IMG/VR virus record: IMGVR_UViG_3300010158_000214
Span: 1-31,892 of that record
Reading direction: 5' to 3' (one strand)
From: a virus
Taxonomy: Duplodnaviria > Caudoviricetes
Length of the DNA stretch: 31,892 bases
Below the pieces are notes generated by a model. That model was not told the origin of the DNA. It saw nothing but the letters and a program-made list of their open reading frames with translations, and did not search any database. Shown here piece after piece: positions 1 through 6,681 of the stretch; positions within the stretch are counted from its first letter, which is position 1; each line of letters opens with the position of its first letter. The position numbers were made by a program, and so were the translations under genes.

Positions 1-45
1 GATCTCCAAGTCGGGTGGTGAGTCTCCGCGCGCGGTTCAAGCCAG

Positions 46-170
46 CCGGAATCAGGCGGAGTCTTGCGGTAGGATGCGGAATCACAACGACTTGCGCGGA
101 TCATACCGATGCGGAGACCGGTTTGAGCAATTTTCCCCCGTTTCGCCCTGATACGCGGAGGTTTGAGCAA
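46..170. repeat. 10-bp-phased SCGGW motifs plus an 11-bp direct repeat
   Basis: CCGGA 46, GCGGA 56, GCGGT 66, GCGGA 76, GCGGA 96; GGTTTGAGCAA at 120-130 and 160-170. Confidence 0.7.
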
Positions 171-217
171 CTCCGGGTGGTCGATCAAGGCGGCTTAAAC
201 CGACCTTGAAACCCGTT

Positions 218-751
218 TCAACCCCCGAACAGATCGCCCTGGACGGGGCCGGATGAGGGTCCCCGACGGGCCTTCGGGCGGGGGACGGATAGAAGCCGGG
301 CGGCTTGGGCCATCTGGCGGACGGGATCGACCAGGGCGGGGCCCGTGCGGCCTACCTGGAGGAGGACGTGGTCGGCGATCGAGCGGACCGATTTCGCGTC
401 CTCGTAAATCCGCTCTCCGTGGACCTCGAAGTGACTCTGGACACACTTCCTAAGCCATCCGGGCAGGTAGCCAATCTCTCCGGTTGCCCCATGTCGAAGG
501 GCTTCGATCAGGATCCCATTCGAGCCGATCAGGAGGTCCTGGTATCGCGCCGGGGAAATGGTCACCCCCCGCTCATCCAGCCACGTTGCCGGCCACAAAA
601 CCACCCACTGAAGAAGGCGCGAGCGGTCCTTCAAAAACGGAACCCGCTGGCCCGCGTAGAATTGGCGCTCGATAACCACGAGAACCGCGTCCCGGACATC
701 CTCCGGGGTCGGTTGCTTTTGGCGCGGAAGGGATGGCCGCTTGATCCTCAC
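218..751 (-). CDS. Hypothetical phage protein with C-terminal QGDLF (clamp-binding-like) motif
   Basis: GTG start overlaps the upstream stop (GTGA, 748-751); 177 aa; ends QGDLFGG. Confidence 0.7.
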   Translation of the reverse strand: MRIKRPSLPRQKQPTPEDVRDAVLVVIERQFYAGQRVPFLKDRSRLLQWVVLWPATWLDERGVTISPARYQDLLIGSNGILIEALRHGATGEIGYLPGWLRKCVQSHFEVHGERIYEDAKSVRSIADHVLLQVGRTGPALVDPVRQMAQAARLLSVPRPKARRGPSSGPVQGDLFGG

Positions 752-1122
752 CAGATGATCAGAATCCCGAGGAACAAACTCCCGACCAAGTCGTGGTTCA
801 CGATGAACCACGACCGCATATCCGACCAGTCTCGAAACCCGTCCTTTTTGGCGAACAAATCGAGGTCGAAAACAGGATGGCCGGAGCACTCGACCCCGAC
901 GGTCCCGATCTTGATCGGATACACGTTGAGGATCGGAGAAACTCGAAGAACCCGCTGCGGCGACCGGTAGGGCTTCCCCGTCCAGGCCCGGCAGGAAATT
1001 AGGTCCCCGGCGGAGGGGAGTCGAGAGGGGGTCGGTCGGATCGTTTGGCGCTTGGTCCCGTCTTCAACCATGGCCGAAAACCGGGGCTGGAAAAGGCGCA
1101 CGAACTGGCGGGGAGTTCTCAT
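748..1122 (-). CDS. ASCH/PUA-like domain protein
   Basis: F-x-x-x-V-x-D-G-T-K-R-Q-T-I-R, GD, and FAKKDGF..W..M..WF match the phage ASCH pattern. Confidence 0.75.
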   Translation of the reverse strand: MRTPRQFVRLFQPRFSAMVEDGTKRQTIRPTPSRLPSAGDLISCRAWTGKPYRSPQRVLRVSPILNVYPIKIGTVGVECSGHPVFDLDLFAKKDGFRDWSDMRSWFIVNHDLVGSLFLGILIIW

Positions 1123-1161
1123 CGCATAGCTGGGGGGTTGTAACGCCCCCCGGAGGGTGTC

Positions 1162-1623
1162 TTACATCCGGCCCCAAGAAGGGCGAAACCGGCAACGAGG
1201 GTCATCAAGAGAAAGCAGCGTCGAAGGGTCATCACAGCATTGGGCGTCGAAGGTTATTAGGGGGCCCTCAGCGACGCAGCAAAGGCAGACGCTATGGGAG
1301 GAAGGGATCGAGACGATTCCGGGGAGAGGATCGGGCCAGAGTGAACCGTCGAACTCGCCGAAAGCGGGATGCATTTTCAGGCCCGCCTTGAGGGCGGCCA
1401 GATCCGCCTCGTGGGCGGCCAGCCGCGAGAAGTTCTCACAGACAAAAACCCCGTCGGTATATGGGGGCCGATCGAACGCAATCTGGGCGGCGAATTCACC
1501 AAGCCAAGAGAGCGGCGGGCAGTGGTAGGTCTCACCCGTGAAATGAACCCGCGATAGGTCCACCCCGGCGGCGATCAATTTGCGGGCGAGGGCGGCGCGG
1601 GAAATGGTAGTTCCTGAGATCAT
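1162..1623 (-). CDS. Papain/transglutaminase-like cysteine protease (lectin MOA C-terminal-related)
   Basis: ATGA-coupled start at 1623; YTDGVFVCENFS (Cys), SHSVC (His) and ITFDAQ resemble the DCDDFA..HA.N..EPQ signature. Confidence 0.6.
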   Translation of the reverse strand: MISGTTISRAALARKLIAAGVDLSRVHFTGETYHCPPLSWLGEFAAQIAFDRPPYTDGVFVCENFSRLAAHEADLAALKAGLKMHPAFGEFDGSLWPDPLPGIVSIPSSHSVCLCCVAEGPLITFDAQCCDDPSTLLSLDDPRCRFRPSWGRM

Positions 1624-1799
1624 AAAAGAGACGTCCGACCGGTCCTTCCGTTCGAGCCTTCGGAAACGACGACACAGAGCATTCCCGGACCCGCAAGGAC
1701 CAGCATTGAGAGAGACCAAAAGAGAAGAGGGGGCCCAAGGATCAGGAAGAACACGGCCGTCGCGGCGAATGTCTTGAGATGGCGCGCCGCGGTTATCAT
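1620..1799 (-). CDS. Small membrane protein
   Basis: ATGA overlaps at both ends; 59 aa with a long hydrophobic stretch. Confidence 0.55.
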   Translation of the reverse strand: MITAARHLKTFAATAVFFLILGPPLLFWSLSMLVLAGPGMLCVVVSEGSNGRTGRTSLL

Positions 1800-2044
1800 A
1801 AGGCCCACCGATTGTCGGGGCATTTGGGGAGCTTGGCCCAGGGCTGGTTCCGACGCTCATCGACGGGGCAGATCGGGCAGGGTTTGCAGCAGCGCTCAAT
1901 GTGGAGGTGCCCGCATCCTTGGCAGACGTTCCGGCGGGCATCCTCAAGCCTCCGGCGGGCCAGCCCGTTTGCGTCAATGGCGGGCAGGGGTTTCCCTTCC
2001 TTGTCGATCCCCATCGGAAGCCGGGCGGTGATCTTGAATTGCAT
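1796..2044 (-). CDS. Small Cys-rich (putative Zn-binding) protein
   Basis: R..VCQGC...CCKPCPIC...KCPDNRW pattern; in the operon with stop/start overlap. Confidence 0.7.
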   Translation of the reverse strand: MQFKITARLPMGIDKEGKPLPAIDANGLARRRLEDARRNVCQGCGHLHIERCCKPCPICPVDERRNQPWAKLPKCPDNRWAL

Positions 2045-2046
2045 GA

Positions 2047-2238
2047 TCAGAGCGATTCCCCGTCGTGATCCACGTCAAAAACGACAAATCCAAACGCGGC
2101 ACCAAAGGTCGAGGACATCGCGGCCTTGATCGACTCCGCTCGGGTGTCGAATTGGCACAACTCTCCGGATTCATCTAGCAGCGGAACCAAGCGATCGCCG
2201 TTTTGATTCCTCAGCATCACGAAGTAGGGCTTAAGCAT
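2047..2238 (-). CDS. Hypothetical protein
   Basis: ATG at 2238 overlaps the upstream gene end; 63 aa (MLKPYFVMLRNQNG...). Confidence 0.6.
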   Translation of the reverse strand: MLKPYFVMLRNQNGDRLVPLLDESGELCQFDTRAESIKAAMSSTFGAAFGFVVFDVDHDGESL

Positions 2239-2503
2239 GGGGTGGGCTTTCGGTTTTCCATTCGGTTTCCGTTCCTTGCGGGTCGCAAATCCAGCGAACA
2301 ATTCGTCGCGCGTGGTCGAGATCCCGAAAGAACAGAGGAAGAGGGACGCCGCCGGCGTCGTTGACCGTTACGGTTTGCCAGCGGGCCCTCGGGGAGGGTT
2401 GTCGGAAAACCCCGAACCTCCGCGCGATCTTCGGGGAGACAATTCGGCGAACGGCGAAGCGTGGGTAGCCATCCGGAAGGGTTGAGAGAGTGGGAGAGCT
2501 CAC
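2231..2503 (-). CDS. Hypothetical protein
   Basis: GTGA-coupled start at 2503; 90 aa. Confidence 0.55.
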   Translation of the reverse strand: MSSPTLSTLPDGYPRFAVRRIVSPKIARRFGVFRQPSPRARWQTVTVNDAGGVPLPLFFRDLDHARRIVRWICDPQGTETEWKTESPPHA

Positions 2504-2829
2504 CCGATCCTCCGGTGAAGCTTCGACCTCATGGCGATGCAGTAGGAGGTGTTCTTGGCCGCTTGAGATTCGAGGGCCCCGCAGGCGGCGGTGATCTCCT
2601 CCGCGGTCGCGGCATCGAAAAGGCAAAACCCTTTTTGCCCCCTCACGATCCGATCCCCGGCGGCCTCAGCGACGGCGCGGATCCGGCGCTCATCCCACCC
2701 GACATAGGGCGCGAGTTGTTTCCGGGTGAGCCAGCCGGCGCTCGTGAGGGTGCGGATCAGACGTCCCACATCGGCCTCGATTGAGTCCTCGGGGACGAGC
2801 TCCAATTGATCAGGGGGTGGCAGGTTCAT
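2500..2829 (-). CDS. Winged-HTH DNA-binding protein
   Basis: GWLTRKQLAPYVGWDERRIRAVAE...IVRGQKGFCL is an HTH plus wing; ATG at 2829 lies 4 nt after the previous stop. Confidence 0.7.
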   Translation of the reverse strand: MNLPPPDQLELVPEDSIEADVGRLIRTLTSAGWLTRKQLAPYVGWDERRIRAVAEAAGDRIVRGQKGFCLFDAATAEEITAACGALESQAAKNTSYCIAMRSKLHRRIG

Positions 2830-2833
2830 GGGA

Positions 2834-3415
2834 TCAATACGGGTCGGAATCGTCGCCCGCGGGTTGAAGGGAGGGAACAGGATCGGAGGCGCGCCTGCAG
2901 ACGGCGCAATCGCAGGATACGTCCGCAAGCGTCCGCATTTGGTGAAGAGTGTGGGCGGCTTTCTTCCGCCAGACCTGCAGGCGTGCATTCAGGGTCATGC
3001 AATAGCGGAGGAGCGGGGAATTCTGCTCGACCATTCCCGACGGGGTTCGCCGCATGTCCGGGTGATCGGAAAGATCGTCAACGGAGCGAACCCCGAACCG
3101 TTCGGAGAGAATCAACCCCGTGTAGCCTTCGACGTCCTCAACGTAAAGGCGGAGGCATTTGGAATGCTCGGCGATCGTGTAGAGCAGCCGTTCCCGAGGT
3201 TGGGCGATCTGCCTCATCTGAGAATTGAGGTTTCCCGGTTGAGAGATCGACCGGAACACGGCGAGCACCCGGTCGAGATCCGAGTTGTTGAAAGCCTTTG
3301 ACGACTTCCGAGAACCTAGGGCGGTGATCGTGAGATGGTCCCGGTCGGCGTCCGGCTTCGCTCGCCGGACGGCGGCCCATTCCCGCCAATAAAGAAGGGT
3401 CTGAGGAGGGGTCAT
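2834..3415 (-). CDS. GemA-like (Mu gp16/DUF1018) protein
   Basis: DRDHLTITALGSRKSSKAFNNSDLDRVLAVF resembles the GemA N-terminal SSKxL motif; early-operon position. Confidence 0.6.
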   Translation of the reverse strand: MTPPQTLLYWREWAAVRRAKPDADRDHLTITALGSRKSSKAFNNSDLDRVLAVFRSISQPGNLNSQMRQIAQPRERLLYTIAEHSKCLRLYVEDVEGYTGLILSERFGVRSVDDLSDHPDMRRTPSGMVEQNSPLLRYCMTLNARLQVWRKKAAHTLHQMRTLADVSCDCAVCRRASDPVPSLQPAGDDSDPY

Positions 3416-3966
3416 AGGAACGTGAAGGTCTTGTTGGCAACGAGCGGGTTCCGCTGATCTTCAGGAGGGAGGACGGGGCGCAATCCGAAGAGAGCGCAAA
3501 GGCGCGCCTCGACCTCCCGATGGCGGACCCTGAAATGAACGTCCGCCTCGAAGAGTTGGCGGAGCTTTTGGGTTCCCTTGACGATCGTTGAATGGTCCAA
3601 CCCGCCGAAGGAAACCCCGACCTCCTCTTGGGAGCATTCCGAAAGACGCCATGAGAACCAATAGGCGGTGATCCGAGCGTCAAAGAATCGGCGGCGCCGA
3701 GTCTTCACGAGGAGGGCCTCGACCGGCAGATCAAACAGGCGCGCGACCTCAAGGGCGACGGATCGGGGCTCCGGCCGTTTGCTAATGATCCGAGGACGCT
3801 TTTCCGGGGTCGTTAAATTGAGAGTTCCGTCCAGTTGAAACAGGATCGAATCGGCGAGGCGCTGAAGTTCGATCGAGGCTTTTCTGAGCTCATCGAATGG
3901 AGAGAAAACGCGTTGGCGCTCCAGGGAGCGAACAACCTCTTCGTCGGAAATCATGGTGGCGCTCAT
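3412..3966 (-). CDS. Protein with DnaA domain IV (Bac_DnaA_C) HTH
   Basis: VARLFDLPVEALLVKTR...ARITAYW...SQEEVGVSFGGLDHSTIV matches DnaA C-terminal domain (GGRDHTTV); no AAA domain. Confidence 0.85.
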   Translation of the reverse strand: MSATMISDEEVVRSLERQRVFSPFDELRKASIELQRLADSILFQLDGTLNLTTPEKRPRIISKRPEPRSVALEVARLFDLPVEALLVKTRRRRFFDARITAYWFSWRLSECSQEEVGVSFGGLDHSTIVKGTQKLRQLFEADVHFRVRHREVEARLCALFGLRPVLPPEDQRNPLVANKTFTFL

Positions 3967-3969
3967 GGG

Positions 3970-4341
3970 TTAGGCGAATCGGAGGACGCAATGGCGCGGA
4001 ACCGGGGGATTCACGAACCGTTCGAGAGTCTCGATATATTCCGGAGAACCCCAAACCTCGCCGAGCTTCCAAAGCTCGGTGAGTAGCTTCGAGCACTTGT
4101 TGGTCGTGGGGCCCATCGACATGGCGATAAGCCGGTGCAGGCGAGGCAAACGGTCGGGAATGATCACAGCCTGAACCCCCGCCTTCTCGTTTGCGACGAC
4201 TCGCACGCACGAGAGGTCGTAAACAAGAGCGGAAACGGCCCCCAACGAATCAGTCACGACAACCGGATCCGGCTCACAAAAAACGCAAAAGCGACCAGCG
4301 GGAACCCGCCGTGGCGATCTCCTTCTAGGTTGGGCGTTCAT
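3970..4341 (-). CDS. Hypothetical protein
   Basis: ATGA-coupled, 123 aa. Confidence 0.6.
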   Translation of the reverse strand: MNAQPRRRSPRRVPAGRFCVFCEPDPVVVTDSLGAVSALVYDLSCVRVVANEKAGVQAVIIPDRLPRLHRLIAMSMGPTTNKCSKLLTELWKLGEVWGSPEYIETLERFVNPPVPRHCVLRFA

Positions 4342-4568
4342 GGCTTGGCGTGGATCTCGACAGTTGTATGGCGGACGTGGGAGTTATCGAACCGGACACC
4401 AAGAGAGCGCTGGATTGCATCCAGGCCCGCGGAGTCCGCGGCGATCATCAGGACGGGGTGGCCGTCCAGGATCCGGCCAACAGCAACGCCACGGAGGGCG
4501 ATGCCGTCGCTAGAAGGGGCCGCCAGATGCTCCGGCCACGAGAATTGAAGAACGACGCCGGGGATCAT
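4338..4568 (-). CDS. Hypothetical protein
   Basis: ATGA overlaps at both ends, 76 aa. Confidence 0.6.
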   Translation of the reverse strand: MIPGVVLQFSWPEHLAAPSSDGIALRGVAVGRILDGHPVLMIAADSAGLDAIQRSLGVRFDNSHVRHTTVEIHAKP

Positions 4569-5110
4569 TCTGCCCCCTCTCCGAGCGCCTCGCTCACGGC
4601 CTTCTTGAGGATCGAGTCCACGAGCTTGTCGACCTCGCCGTTCATGGGCTTCACGATCACAGCGTCGGTCGCCCCCGCGATCTCAACGCCTAGCTTCTTG
4701 AGCTCCGCGGGAGAAAGGGATTCGAGGGCTTTCTTGTTGGGCGTCGTGGTGACGTTGAGGAGCGCCTCGGCGAACTCCGGGGAATAGCTTTTCCGGATCT
4801 TCGCGATCGTGGCCTCCTCGTTTGGGATTTCCAGGGACCCGCGTTGCTTGGTCAACCCGACCTTGATCTCGTGGAAAACGCGGGTGCGTGGACTCGCGAA
4901 CTCGGCGCGGTTTTCGTCAACAAGCGTCGTCAACTCATCGATCCGACCCGTGAGCATTCGAGCCAACGCCCGGATGCGGGGGAGGAACTTGGCGTCGGCG
5001 TCCTCGATCTGAATCTGTCGAGCGGCGAGAACACCTTTCAGTTCGTTGCGGACCGCCGAAAGGTTGAAGGCGGATTTCTCAATTTGGATCAATACGGGAG
5101 TGGGGTTCAT
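4565..5110 (-). CDS. gam: Mu Gam-like host-nuclease inhibitor
   Basis: Helical N-terminus, then ENRAEFASPRTRVFHEIKVGLTKQRG and PNKKAL...LKKLGVEI; downstream of MuB; start at ATG 5110. Confidence 0.85.
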   Translation of the reverse strand: MNPTPVLIQIEKSAFNLSAVRNELKGVLAARQIQIEDADAKFLPRIRALARMLTGRIDELTTLVDENRAEFASPRTRVFHEIKVGLTKQRGSLEIPNEEATIAKIRKSYSPEFAEALLNVTTTPNKKALESLSPAELKKLGVEIAGATDAVIVKPMNGEVDKLVDSILKKAVSEALGEGAE

Positions 5111-5230
5111 TTGTGGAGGCGGAAGAGGTTGGAATTCCTTTTTCGGGAAGAGATGAGTGAGGAGAGAAGGAAAGAGATTGGGAGAATAACAGCGACGACC
5201 GCATAGGCGGCCACGAAGCACAGGGCCGCG

Positions 5231-5575
5231 TCATCCATGGTTCCCCCCGTCCCGTCCTTGGGTGTCGGCGACGCCAATTTCGGCGTCGCCGCGGTGTCCT
5301 TGCCAAAGGATTGCGGCGATGAGAAGCGCGGCGCTTCCGCTGATGCAGACGATCATGGCGAGGACGAGGGGATACCGAAGGCCAAGCCAGAGCGCCGCAA
5401 CGGCGGCCAGCGTCGCCGCGTGGATCAATCGGCGGGTGTCGCGATCGATTCGGGCGTTGGTGTCGGAAGGGGAAACCTCGCCCTGGACTGCCTCATTGGA
5501 GGATTGGGCGTCCGTTCGGAAGTTGAACGCGGGCGAGGTTGGGGTGGGACTTAGGGGAACGAAAAGGGTCTTCAT
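5231..5575 (-). CDS. Hypothetical membrane protein (2 TM)
   Basis: Two hydrophobic segments; directly follows MuB. Confidence 0.6.
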   Translation of the reverse strand: MKTLFVPLSPTPTSPAFNFRTDAQSSNEAVQGEVSPSDTNARIDRDTRRLIHAATLAAVAALWLGLRYPLVLAMIVCISGSAALLIAAILWQGHRGDAEIGVADTQGRDGGNHG

Positions 5576-5593
5576 GGGTGTTTCAATTGGGGG

Positions 5594-6652
5594 TTACTCC
5601 TCTGAACCGCTCTCCATCCGGAGCCTGCCGAGATGGGCGCGCTGGACGTGTTTCCAAGAGAGTGGCTGCTTGTTCTTGGCGGCCATCTCGGAGGCCATTC
5701 TGAGAAGCATGATCCACATTCCGAGGGCGTCCTCGGCGATGATCCGCTCCTCAAGAACCCGCGCCTCACCGGCGCTTGGTTCGAGACCGAAGGCCGCGGA
5801 GATGGCGTCGATGTCTTTCCGCTTGGGTTGGTCCGGGAGTTGAAGCTGACAGAACCGGCGCCGGTGGGTTTGTTTCAAGAGCTCGTGCGCTGGACCGGCC
5901 TCCTCAAGAGCGCGCCGGAAAACGTTGGTCGCGCAAATCACCAACCCGCATTGGGCGGTGTCGAAGAGTTCGCGGATAAACTCAAGGGTGAGGATCCCGC
6001 CGCGGGTCACTGTCGGGCTGATCGCTCGGTGGGCCTCGTCCACGATCAAAACCATTTTGTCGTCGAAGGCCTCAATGATCCGGCGTTTCAAGTCGCGGTC
6101 GCTAAGGGACGGCGAGAGTCGGAGACGGCATCCCAAGGCGATCAGGAAACTCCCAAGCGATCCGCCGGTGGGAACCTCAACACGGATCGTGGACCCGTGA
6201 TTGAAAGCCTTCTCATACTCCTTCAAGGCGGCCGTTTTCCCGATCTGGGAAATCCCATAAATGAGTCCGACCCGCTGAAACTTACGGGCCCCATGGCAAA
6301 CGTTCCAGATCTGTTTGGACATCGACGTCTCAATGAACGGGATCCCCTTCCCCGCCTGTCGATCGGTCCAGAGCTTCCGGTAGGATTCGATCGAGGCCAC
6401 GATCGGTTCGAGCGTGGAATACTTCCCGCTGAAAAGCTGGGAAACCGCGGCGCCGCTGTATCCGATGAGCTTGGCGGTCGCCTCCTGAGAAAGGGACTGT
6501 TCCCAGGCGTGGTTGTGAAGCCATCGGATCGCGCTCCTTTGATCCTCTGGAAGGTCCGCCGTCGCTTTATTGACCATGTCTCCGGCGGCGTGAGTGATTG
6601 TCTTGGGGCTGAATCCTTGCGGGACCAGACTTTCTTGGGGTTCTTCGTTCAT
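5594..6652 (-). CDS. MuB-like AAA+ transposition ATPase
   Basis: N-terminal HTH (SQEATAKLIGYSGAAVSQLFSGKY), Walker A GISQIGKT, Walker B VLIVDEAH; adjacent to transposase. Confidence 0.93.
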   Translation of the reverse strand: MNEEPQESLVPQGFSPKTITHAAGDMVNKATADLPEDQRSAIRWLHNHAWEQSLSQEATAKLIGYSGAAVSQLFSGKYSTLEPIVASIESYRKLWTDRQAGKGIPFIETSMSKQIWNVCHGARKFQRVGLIYGISQIGKTAALKEYEKAFNHGSTIRVEVPTGGSLGSFLIALGCRLRLSPSLSDRDLKRRIIEAFDDKMVLIVDEAHRAISPTVTRGGILTLEFIRELFDTAQCGLVICATNVFRRALEEAGPAHELLKQTHRRRFCQLQLPDQPKRKDIDAISAAFGLEPSAGEARVLEERIIAEDALGMWIMLLRMASEMAAKNKQPLSWKHVQRAHLGRLRMESGSEE

Positions 6653-6681
6653 CGGTTTTCAGGTGTTGTTTGTTGTGTGAC

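Noticed and set aside
1-45. Phage left terminus (TG start with target duplication)
   Set aside because: No host junction or second end in the window to confirm it.
1130-1153. G6/C6 hairpin between protease and ASCH genes as terminator
   Set aside because: No U-tract on either strand; could be chance in GC-rich DNA.
5079-5234. Ser-rich 51-aa ORF between the membrane gene and gam
   Set aside because: ATGA-coupled but low complexity and overlapping the gam start; insufficient support.
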